A stretch of DNA of 34,933 bases from positions 1-34,933 of the forward strand of contig JAUCBJ010000257.1 in NCBI GenBank assembly GCA_032718475.1. The letters run 5' to 3'. Shown here one piece after another: positions 20,700 through 32,900 of this stretch. The stretch's first letter is position 1; each line of letters begins with the position of its first letter. The notes beneath the pieces were generated by a model that had not been told where the DNA came from, ran no database searches, and was given only the letters and a program-made list of their open reading frames with translations. The stretch is from Nemertoderma westbladi. Lineage: Eukaryota; Animalia; Xenacoelomorpha. A program made the position numbers and the translations under genes.

Positions 20700-23600
20700 A
20701 ATGTAATGAAAAATGTAAATCTAAATTCAGTATGTAGTTATGGACATATTGTAAACACTATAAATGGGGAATTAGCGCGAGTGAAGCGAGCGGAAAATTT
20801 TTGAAGTTTTTTAACATAAAAAATGTAAATCTAAATGCAGTATGTAGCTATTGACATATTGTAAACACTATAAATGGGGAATTAGCGCGACTGAAGCGAG
20901 CTGAAATTTTTTTAAGTTTTTTAAAATTAAAAATGTAAATCTAAATGCAGTATGTAGTTATTGACGTATTGTAACACTATAAATGGGGAATTAGCGCGAG
21001 CGAAGAGAGCGGAAAATTTTTTAAGTTTTTTAACATAAAAAATGAAAATCTAAATGCAATATATACTGTAGTTGTTGACATATTGTAAACACTATAAATG
21101 GTATTGAGCATGAGCGAAGCGAGCGGAAAATTTTTTCAGTTTTTTAACATAAAAAATGTAAATCTAAATGCAGTATGTAGTTATTGACAAATTGTAAACA
21201 CTATAAATGGGGATGTAGCGCGAGCGAAGCAAGCGGAAAATTTTTTCAGTTTTTTTTAACAAAAAAAATGTAAATCTAAATGCAATATATAGTTGTTGAC
21301 ATATTGTAAACACTATAAATGGTATTGAGCATGAGCGAAGCGAGCGGAAAATGTTTTCAGTTTTTTAACATATAAAATGTAAATCTAAATGCAGTATGTA
21401 GTTATTGACAAATTGTAAATACTATAAATGGGGATGTAGCGCGAGCGAAGCGAGCGGAAATTTTTTTTCAGTTTTTTAACATAAAAAATGTAAATCTAAA
21501 TGCAGTATGTAGTTATTGACATATTGTAAACACTATAAATGGGGATTGAGCGCGAGCGAAGCGAGCGGAAAATGTTTTCAGTTTTTTAACATAAAAAATG
21601 TAAATCTAAATGCAGTATGTAGTTATTGACAAATTGTAAACACTATAAACGGGGATGTAGCGCGAGCGAAGCGAGCGGAAAATTTTTTTACATTTTTTAA
21701 CATAAAAATGTAAATCTAAATGCAATATATAGTTGTTGACATATAAATGCAGTATGTAGTTATTGACATATTGTAAACACTATAAATGGGGATGTAGTGA
21801 GATATAATGGGAAAATTTTTTCAGTTTTTTAACATAAAAAATGTAAATCTAAATGCAGTATGTAGTTATGGACATATTGTAAACACTATAAATGGGGATT
21901 GAGCGCGAGCGAAGCAAGCCGAAAATTTTTTCAGTTTTTTTTAACAAAAAAAATGTAAATCTAAATGCAGTATGTAGTTATGGACATATTGTAAACACTA
22001 TAAATGGGGATTGAGCGCGAGCGAAGCAAGCCGAAAATTTTTTCAGTTTTTTTTAACAAAAAAAATGTAAATCTAAATGCAATATATAGTTGTTGACATA
22101 TTGTAAACACTATAAATGGTATTGAGCATGAGCGAAGCGAGCGGAAAATGTTTTCAGTTTTTTAACATATAAAATGTAAATCTAAATGCAGTATGTAGTT
22201 ATTGACAAATTGTAAATACTATAAATGGGGATGTAGCGCGAGCGAAGCGAGCGGAAATTTTTTTTCAGTTTTTTAACATAAAAAATGTAAATCTAAATGC
22301 AGTATTTAGTTATTGACATATTGTAAACACTATAAATGGGGAATGAGCGCGAGCGAAGCGAGCGGAAAATTTTTTCACCTTTTTAACATAAAAAATGTAA
22401 ATCTAAATGCAGTATGTAGTTATTGACAAATTGTAAACACTATAAACGGGGATGTAGCGCGAGCGAAGCGAGCGGAAAATTTTTTTACATTTTTTAACAT
22501 AAAAAATGTAAATCTAAATGCAATATATAGTTGTTGACATATAAATGCAGTATGTAGTTATTGACATATTGTAAACACTATAAATGGGGATGTAGTGAGA
22601 TATAATGGGAAAATTTTTTCAGTTTTTTAACATAAAAAATGTAAATCTAAATGCAGTATGTAGTTATTGACTTATTGACATATTGTAAACACTATAAATG
22701 GGGAATGAGCGCGAGCGAAGCGAGCGGAAAATTTTTTCAGCTTTTTAACATAAAAAATGTAAATCTAAATGCAGTATGTAGTTATGGACATATTGTAAAC
22801 ACTATAAATGGGGATTGAGCGCGAGCGAAGCGAGCCGAAAATGTTTTCAGTTTTTTTTAACAAAAAAAATGTAAATCTAAATGCAGTATGTAGTTATTGA
22901 CAAATTGTAAACACTATAAATGGGGATGTAGCGCGAGCGAAGCAAGCGGAAAATTTTTTCAGTTTTTTTTAACAAAAAAAATGTAAATCTAAATGCAATA
23001 TATAGTTGTTGACATATTGTAAACACTATAAATGGTATTGAGCATGAGCGAAGCGAGCGGAAAATGTTTTCAGTTTTTTAACATATAAAATGTAAATCTA
23101 AATGCAGTATGTAGTTATTGACAAATTGTAAATACTATAAAAGGGGATGTAGCGCGAGCGAAGCGAGCGGAATTTTTTTTTCAGTTTTTTAACATAAAAA
23201 ATGTAAATCTAAATGCAGTATGTAGTTATTGACATATTGTAAACACTATAAATGGGGATTGAGCGCGAGCGAAGCGAGCGGAAAATGTTTTCAGTTTTTT
23301 AACATAAAAAATGTAAATCTAAATGCAGTATGTAGTTATTGACAAATTGTAAACACTATAAACGGGGATGTAGCGCGAGCGATGCGAGCGGAAAATTTTT
23401 TTACATTTTTTAACATAAAAAATGTAAATCTAAATGCAATATATAGTTGTTGACATATAAATGCAGTATGTAGTTATTGACATATTGTAAACACTATAAA
23501 TGGGGATGTAGTGAGATATAATGGGAAAATTTTTTTCAGTTTTTTAACATAAAAAATGTAAATCTAAATGCAGTATGTAGTTATTGACTTATTGACATAT

Positions 23601-26600
23601 TGTAAACACTATAAATGGGGAATGAGCGCGAGCGAAGCGAGCGGAAAATTTTTTCAGCTTTTTAACATAAAAAATGTAAATCTAAATGCAGTATGTAGTT
23701 ATGGACATATTGTAAACACTATAAATGGGGATTGAGCGCGAGCGAAGCGAGCCGAAAATTTTTTCAGTTTTTTTTAACAAAAAAAATGTAAATCTAAATG
23801 CAGTATGTAGTTATTGACATATTGTAAACACTATAAATGGGGAATGAGCGCGATCGAAGCGAGCGGAAAATTTTTTCAGTTTTTTAACATAAAAAATGTA
23901 AATGTAAATGCAGCATGTAGTTATTGACATATTGTAAACACTATAAATGGGGAATGCGCGCGAGCGAAGCGAGCGGAAAATTTTTCAGTTTTTTAACATA
24001 AAGAATGTAAATCTAAATGCAGTATGTAGTTATTGACATATTGTAAACACTATAAATGGGGAATGAGCGCGAGCGAAGCGAGCGGAAAATTTTTTCAGCT
24101 TTTTAACATAAAAAATGTAAATCTAAATGCAGTATGTAGTTATGGACATATTGTAAACACTATAAATGGGGATTGAGCGCGAGCGAAGCGAGCCGAAAAT
24201 TTTTTCAGTTTTTTTTAACAAAAAAATGTAAATCTAAATGCAATATATAGTTGTTGACATATTGTAAACACTATAAATGGTATTGAGCATGAGCGAAGCG
24301 AGCGGAAAATGTTTTCAGTTTTTTAACATATAAAATGTAAATCTAAATGCAGTATGTAGTTATTGACAAGTTGTAAATACTATAAATGGGGATGTAGCGC
24401 GAGCGAAGCGAGCGGAAAATTTTTTTCAGTTTTTTAACATAAAAAATGTAAATCTAAATGCAGTATGTAGTTATTGACATATTGTAAACACTATAAATGG
24501 GGATTGAGCGCGAGCGAAGCGAGCGGAAAATGTTTTCAGTTTTTTAACATAAAAAATGTAAGTCTAAATGCAGTATGTAGTTATTGACAAATTGTAAACA
24601 CTATAAACGGGGATGAAGCGCGAGCGAAGCGAGCGGAAAATTTTTTTACATTTTTTAACATAAAAAATGTAAATCTAAATGCAGTATGTATTTATTGACA
24701 TATTGTAAACACTATAAATGGGGAATGAGCGCGATCGAAGCGAGCGGAAAATTTTTTCAGTTTTTTAACATAAAAAATGTAAATGTAAATGCAGCATGTA
24801 GTTATTGACATATTGTAAACACTATAAATGGGGAATGAGCGCGAGCGAAGCGAGCGGAAAATTTTTCAGTTTTTTAACATAAAGAATGTAAATCTAAATG
24901 CAGTATGTAGTTATTGACATATTGTAAACACTATAAATGGGGAATGAGCGCGAGCGAAGCGAGCGGAAAATTTTTTCAGCTTTTTAACATAAAAAATGTA
25001 AATCTAAATGCAGTATGTAGTTATGGACATATTGTAAACACTATAAATGGGGATTGAGCGCGAGCGAAGCGAGCCGAAAATTTTTTCAGTTTTTTTTAAC
25101 AAAAAAATGTAAATCTAAATGCAATATATAGTTGTTGACATATTGTAAACACTATAAATGGGGAATGAGCGCGATCGAAGCGAGCGGAAAATTTTTTCAG
25201 TTTTTTAACATAAAAAATGTAAATGTAAATGCAGCATGTAGTTATTGACATATTGTAAACACTATAAATGGGGAATGAGCGCGAGCGAAGCGAGCGGAAA
25301 ATTTTTCAGTTTTTTAACATAAAGAATGTAAATCTAAATGCAGTATGTAGTTATTGACAAATTGTAAACACTATAAACGGGGATGTAGCGCGAGCGAAGC
25401 GAGCGGAAAATTTTTTTACATTTTTTAACATAAAAAATGTAAATCTAAATGCAATATATAGTTGTTGACATATAAATGCAGTATGTAGTTATTGACATAT
25501 TGTAAACACTATAAATGGGGATGTAGTGAGATATAATGGGAAAATTTTTTCAGTTTTTTAACATAAAAAATGTAAATCTAAATGCAGTATGTAGTTATTG
25601 ACTTATTGACATATTGTAAACACTATAAATGGGGAATGAGCGCGAGCGAAGCGAGCGGAAAATTTTTTCAGCTTTTTAACATAAAAAATGTAAATCTAAA
25701 TGCAGTATGTAGTTATGGACATATTGTAAACACTATAAATGGGGATTGAGCGCGAGCGAAGCGAGCCGAAAATGTTTTCAGTTTTTTTTAACAAAAAAAA
25801 TGTAAATCTAAATGCAGTATGTAGTTATTGACAAATTGTAAACACTATAAATGGGGATGTAGCGCGAGCGAAGCAAGCGGAAAATTTTTTCAGTTTTTTT
25901 TAACAAAAAAAATGTAAATCTAAATGCAATATATAGTTGTTGACATATTGTAAACACTATAAATGGTATTGAGCATGAGCGAAGCGAGCGGAAAATGTTT
26001 TCAGTTTTTTAACATATAAAATGTAAATCTAAATGCAGTATGTAGTTATTGACATATTGTAAACACTATAAATGGGGATTGAGCGCGAGCGAAGCGAGCG
26101 GAAAATGTTTTCAGTTTTTTAACATAAAAAATGTAAGTCTAAATGCAGTATGTAGTTATTGACAAATTGTAAACACTATAAACGGGGATGAAGCGCGAGC
26201 GAAGCGAGCGGAAAATGTTTTCAGTTTTTTAACATAAAAAATGTAAATCTAAATGCAGTATGTAGTTATTGACATATTGTAAACACTATAAACGGGGATG
26301 TAGCGCGAGCGAAGCGAGCGGAAAATTTTTTCAGTTTTTTAACATAAAAAATGTAAATCTAAATGCAGTATGTAGTTATTGACATATTGTAAACACTATA
26401 AATGGGGAATGAGCGCGAGCGAAGCGAGCGGAAAATTTTTTCAGCTTTTTAACATAAAAAATGTAAATCTAAATGCAGTATGTAGTTATGGACATATTGT
26501 AAACACTATAAATGGGGATTGAGCGCGAGCGAAGCAAGCCGAAAATTTTTTCAGTTTTTTTTAACAAAAAAAATGTAAATCTAAATGCAATATATAGTTG

Positions 26601-26945
26601 TTGACATATTGTAAACACTATAAATGGTATTGAGCATGAGCGAAGCGAGCGGAAAATGTTTTCAGTTTTTTAACATAAAAAATGTAAATCTAAAAGCAAT
26701 ATGTAGTTGTTGACATATTGTAAACACTATAAATGGGGATTGAGCGCGAGCGAAGCGAGCGGAAAATGTTTTCAGTTTTTTAACATGCAGTATGTAGTTA
26801 TTGACAAATTGTAAACACTATAAACGGGGATGTAGCGCGAGCGAAGCGAGCGGAAAATTTTTTCAGTTTTTTAACATAAAATGTAAATCTAAATGCAGTA
26901 TGTAGTTATTGACATATTGTAAACACTATAAATGGGGATTTAGCA
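20700..26945 (+). repeat. Satellite DNA array, ~110-bp monomer, about 56 copies
   Basis: Consensus aaaatgtaaatctaaatgcagtatgtagttattgacatattgtaaacactataaatggggattgagcgcgagcgaagcgagcggaaaattttttcagttttttaacataa (110 nt), repeated head to tail with recurring variant classes. Confidence 0.97.
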
Positions 26946-29900
26946 GGGGGGCAGTAACCCAGGGGTTTTAGTTTTTGGGGCTCCGGTCGCTCCGCTCCCT
27001 CCGCCAACTGACTGTATATTTGATTAAGCCTCGTTCCTGGTCCAAACTAAATTTTAACCAAAAAAAATTTTAAAATTCATTTTAGTGACTCGAATTTCAT
27101 CCCCTTATAGGTAATTAATGATTCTGAGCACTTTTCATCTGGAGACTTTTTCATCAAAATCAATTCTTCATGGTGAAAATTGAGATTTAAAATTTTTCAT
27201 TTTTGACGATGGCACTTTTCGATCGACGCGAGGTACATTTGAAAAATTTTCATATCTCTGCAACCGCTGGGTCTTTTTCAAAAATTTAAAAACTGGCGTG
27301 TAGCCCGTCGCGAATCATTAAGATTCCAATGTTTAAATCACTCCAATCGTGTACAGCCAGGCCTAGGTACCGGTACAAAGACCCGTTTTGGCATACCCAC
27401 GTTTCGAAGGCTATATCTCGAAAAATATCGACGCTACGAAAAATCCAAATACATGGTTGGAAGCGCATTGAAGAGGCGAATATTATTGCCGTTGAAAGTT
27501 TTTTCATAGCCCTCACGGTTCTCGACTTATTCGGCAATGATCTTTGAAGATCCGGTTTTTTTTTGGTAAAGTCTGATTTCCGGAGCAGCTGTCATCCGCA
27601 ACGTGGAACGCGATGCGTGGTTGGATGCGCGCGACCTTTCTAAACATTCATTTAATTTAAAAAAAATTACCGAACGAGTCATCATAGGGTGATCTTTAAA
27701 GATCATATGTCAGACTTTGGATCTTTGTATCTCCGGTACGGGTAGGCCTATCGAGTTGAAATTTCTTTTAATCAACTCGCAACAATCCAGTCAACAATTT
27801 CTATTAAGAAAATTAAGTCCCAAATAGCTTTAAAGTTAAAGATCATTTATGATCTTTTCGACGATCGTGATCTTGGTCAAGAATTAATTTTGAGAAATTG
27901 GGCTTCCGGCTACCCCCCACAATTCGGGGACGAGAAAGACGATGGGCTACACCATTTTCAGATGTGGAAACTCCTTCTCTGTCCGATTCGCGATCAAACA
28001 CGATCTTCATGATCTTTTACTGATCGCGGACGAAATTTTTGTCGGCGTATACCCAAAAAGACTTTTTGGGGGGTTTGGACCTTGCTCTTTCGAACTGCGT
28101 TGGCCCCTTGTTCACTAGTTGCGCGGTTCTCTCGCAAAAATGCTTTAAAAATTTCTACTCCGAAAAATGGGAAAAAACGGGTCAAAATGGACCCAGCGGG
28201 TTACCCGTCGGCCGGATCGGTCCAAAAAATTTGTTTTGGACTATTGAGCCGATTCTGGGGGGGGGTCTAGGAACATCTTATTGGTGGTTCTTGCTTACTT
28301 CTCGAGATAGCCTTCATCTCTGAAAATTCTGTATCCCTAAAGAGCTAACGCAAGACTAGGGTGGCCGTCTTCGACTTTGTCTTCGTCTTTGTGGCCGTTT
28401 TAGATTTAATAGTGCTGCGCACCTGCGAACACTCCGTTTTTGGGCCAATACATCCAGGGAAAAAACTAGGGGCACTCTTTATAGCCGAGTGGGGCACTTA
28501 TAAGTCACAGACGTATGGCGTCGCCGTGCAGTAGGACCCCACCAGGGGGTATACTACCAGAGGGTCGTATAGTAAAGTGTTAGTAAAACAGGGAGTACAA
28601 CAGCAGGCTGAGGAGGAGGACAGGTTGGGGGGCATATTATGACACCCCCGCCATTGCTGGCGAAAATAGATTTCTTCTTGTGAAATTCTGTAAGCCCATC
28701 ACATTGTATACTTTTTGTCAAAGGTTTAATGTTGTAAATATATGCAACTATGTAACAAACACTCACCCAAGTAGTTGTATATGTGACTTTAATATTATTA
28801 ACAATTTATTTTTTGCGAAAAGTATTATGAGTTGTAAGAATGGAAAATATTGATATGACGCTGTAGGAAATTATCGTAAGCTTAAATGAACATGTAGTTA
28901 ATAATATTGTAGGTAAAATCCGCGCGGGGGGGGGGGGGGGGGGGGGGCGCGAGCGAAGCGAGCGAAAAATTTTTTACTTTTTTTTTAACGTAAATTGTAA
29001 AATTCTAGAACCACCGAACCTACCAACCCATTTATATAATCCCCCCCCATCCCCCCCAAGGGGGGGCAGTAACCCAGGGGTTTTAGTTTTGGGGGCTCCG
29101 GTCGCTCCGCTCCCTCCGCCAACTGACTGTATATTAGATTAAGCCTCATTCCTGGTCCAAACTAAATTTTAACCAAAAAAAATTTTAAAATTCATTTTAG
29201 TGACTCGAATTTCATCCCCTTATAGGTAATTAATGATTCTGAGCACTTTTCATCTGGAGACTTTTTCATCAAAATCAATTCTTCATGGTGAAAATTGAGA
29301 TTTAAAATTTTTCATTTTTGACGATGGCACTTTTCGATCGACGCGAGGTACATTTGAAAAATTTTCATATCTCTGCAACCGCTGGGTCTTTTTCAGAAAT
29401 TTAAAAACTGGCGTGTAGCCCGTCGCGAATCATTAAGATTCCAATGTTTAAATCACTCCAATCGTGTACAGCCAGGCCTAGGTACCGGTACAAAGACCCG
29501 TTTTGGCATACCCACGTTTCGAAGGCTATATCTCGAAAAATATCGACGCTACGAAAAATTCAAATACATGGTTGGAAGCGCATTGAAGAGGCGAATATTA
29601 TTGCCGTTGAAAGTTTTTTCATAGCCCTCACGGTTCTCGACTTATTCGGCAATGATCTTTGAAGATCCGGTTTTTTTTTGGTAAAGTCTGATTTCCGGAG
29701 CAGCTGTCATCCGCAACGTGGAACGCGATGCGTGGTTGGATGCGCGCGACCTTTCTAAACATTCATTTAATTTAAAAAAAATTACCGACCGAGTCATCAT
29801 AGGGTGATCTTTAAAGATCATATGTCAGACTTTGGATCTTCGTAACTCCGGTACGGGTAGGCCTATCGAGTTGAAATTTCTTTTAATCAACTCGCAACAG

Positions 29901-32900
29901 TCCAGTCAACAATTTCTATTAAGAAAATTAAGTCCCAAATAGCTTTAAAGTTAAAGATCATTTATGATCTTTTCGACGATCGTGATCTTGGTCAAGAATT
30001 AATTTTGAGAAATTGGGCTTCCGGCTACCCCACACAATTCGGGGACGAGAAAGACGATGGGCTACACCATTTTCAGATGTGGAAAATCCTTCTCTGTCCG
30101 ATTCGCGATCAAACACGATCTTCATGATCTTTTACTGATCGCGGAGAAAATTTTTGTCGGCGTATACCCAAAAAGACTTTTTGGGGGGTTTGGACCTTGC
30201 TCTTTCGAACTGCGTTGGCCCCTTGTTCACTAGTTGCGCGGTTCTCTCGCAAAAATGCTTTAAAAATTTCTACTCCGAAAAATGGGAAAAAACGGGTCAA
30301 AATGGACCCAGCGGGTTACCCGTCGCCCGGATCGCTCCAAAAAATTTGTTTTGGACTATTCAGTCGATTCTGGGGGGGGGTCTAGGAACATCTTGTTGGT
30401 GGTTCTTGCTTACTTTCTGAGATAGCCTTCATCTCTGAAAATTCTGTATCCCTAAAGAGCTAACGCAAGACTAGGGTGGCCGTCTTCGACTTTGTCTTCG
30501 TCTTTGTGGCCGTTTTAGATTTAATAGTGCTGCGCACCTGCGAACACTCCGTTTTTGGGCCAATACATCCAGGGAAAAAACTAGGGCACTCTTTATAGCC
30601 GAGTGGGGCACTTGTAGTCACAGACGTATGGCGTACAGCAGTAGGACCCCACCAGGGGGTATACTACCAGAGGGTCGTATAGTAAAGTGTTAGTAAAACA
30701 GGGAGTCCAACAGCAGGCTGAGGAGGACAGGTTGGGGGGCATATTATGACACCCCCGCCATTGCTGGCGAGAATACAGCCATTGCTGGCGAGAATAGATT
30801 TCTTATTGTGAATTTCTGTAAGCCCATCACATAGTATACTTTTTGTCAAAGGTTTAATGTTGTAAATATATGCAACTATGTTACAAACACTCACCCAAGT
30901 AGTTGTATATGTGACTTGAATATTATTAAAAATTTATTTTTTGTGAAAAGTATTATGAGTTATAAGGGTGGAAAATATTTATATGACGCTGTTGGAAATT
31001 ATCGTAAGCTTCGATTTACATGTAGTTAATAAAAGTGTAGGTAAAATCCGCGCGGGGGGGGGGGGGGGGGGGGCGCGAGCGAAGCGAGGGAAAAATTTTT
31101 TTACTTTTTTTTTTACGTAAATTGTAAAATTCTAGAACCACCGAACCTACCAACCCATTTATATAGTCCCCCCCCCCATCCCCCCCAAGGGGGGGCAGTA
31201 ACCCAGGGGTTTTAGTTTTGGGGGCTCCGGTCGCTCCGCTCCCTCCGCCAACTGACTGTATATTAAATTAAGCCTCATTCCTGGTCCAAACTAAATTTCA
31301 ACCAAAAAAAATTTTAAAATTCATTTTAGTGACTCGAATTTTATCCCGTTGTAGGTAATTAATGATTCTGAGCACTTTTCGTCTGGAGACTTTTTCATCA
31401 AAATCAATTCTTCATGGTGAAAATTGAGATTTAAAATTTTTCGTTTTCGACGATGGCACTTTTCGATCGACGCGAGGTACATTTGAAAAATTTTCATATC
31501 TCTGCAACCGCTGGGTCTTTTTCAGAAATTTAAAAACTGGCGTGTAGCCCGTCGCGAATCATTAAGATTCCACTGTTTAAATCACTCCAATCGTGTACAG
31601 CTAGGCCTAGGTACCGGTACAAAGACCCGTTTTGGCATACCCACGTTTCGAAGGCTATATCTCGAAAAATATCGACGCTACGAAAAATCCAAATACATGC
31701 TTGGAAGCGCATTGAAGAGGCGAATATTATTGCCGTTGAAAGTTTTTTCATAGCCATTACGGTTCTCGAGTTATTCGGCAATGATCTTTGAAGATCCGGT
31801 TTTTTTTTGGTAAAGTCTGATTTCCGGAGCAGCTGTCATCCGCAACGTGGAACGCGATGCATGGTTGGGTGCGCGCGACCTTTCTAAACATTCATTTAAT
31901 TTAAAAAAAATTACCGACCGAGTCATCATAGGGTGATCTTTAAAGATCATACGTCAGACTTTGGATCTTTGTATCTCCGGTACGGGTAGGCCTATCGAGT
32001 TGAAATTTCTTTTAATCAACTCGCAACAGTCCAGTCAACAATTTCTATTAAGAAAATTAAGTCCCAAATAGCTTTAAAGTTAAAGATCATTTATGATCTT
32101 TTCGACGATCGTGATCTTGGTCAAGAATTAATTTTGAGAAATTGGGCTTCCGGCTACCCCACACAATTCGGGGACGAGAAAGACGATGGGCTACACCATT
32201 TTCAGATGTGGAAACTCCTTCTCTGTCCGATTCGCGATCAAACACGATCTTCATGATCTTTTACTGATCGCGGAGAAAATTTTTGTCGGCGTATACCCAA
32301 AAAGAAGTTCTGGGGGGTTTGGACCTTGCTCTTTCGAACTGCGTTGGCCCCTTGTTCACTAGTTGCGCGGTTCTCTCGCAAAAATGCTTTAAAAATTTCT
32401 ACTCCGAAAAATGGGAAAAAACGGGTCAAAATGGACCCAGCGGGTTACCCGTCGCCCGGATCGCTCCAAAAAATTTGTTTTGGACTATTCAGTCGATTCT
32501 GGGGGGGGGTCTAGGAACATCTTATTGGTGGTTCTAGCTTACTTTCTGACGTAGCCTTCTCCTCCGCAAAAATGGTATCCCTAAAGAGCTAACGCAAGAC
32601 TAGGGTGGCCGTCTTCGACTTTGTCTTCGTCTTTGTGGCCGTTTTAGATTTAATATTGCTGCGCACACGCGAACACTTCGTTTTTGGGGCCAATACATCC
32701 AGGGAAAAAACTAGGGGCACTCTTTATAGCCGAGTGGGGCACTTGTAGTCACAGACGTATGGCGTACAGCAGTAGGACCCCACCAGGGGGTATACTACCA
32801 GAGGGTCGTATAGTAAAGTGTTGTTAAAACAGGGAGTCCAACAGCAGGCTGAGGAGGACGCTGAGGAGGACAGGTTGGGGGGCATATTATGACACCCCCG

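Noticed and set aside
20700-26945. CRISPR-like array
   Set aside because: The whole 110-bp monomer repeats with no unique spacers, there are no cas genes, and the context is eukaryotic.
28525-28560. Canonical Helitron 3' end
   Set aside because: A small hairpin is present, but there is no CTRR terminus or 5'-TC start at the junction, so the superfamily is left unassigned.
27286-28766. Short ORFs in the 2.1-kb unit
   Set aside because: All are under 100 aa with no recognisable domain, and starts and stops vary between copies (the MFKSLQ ATG is CTG in unit 3; the MSAYTQ ORF ends at different codons).
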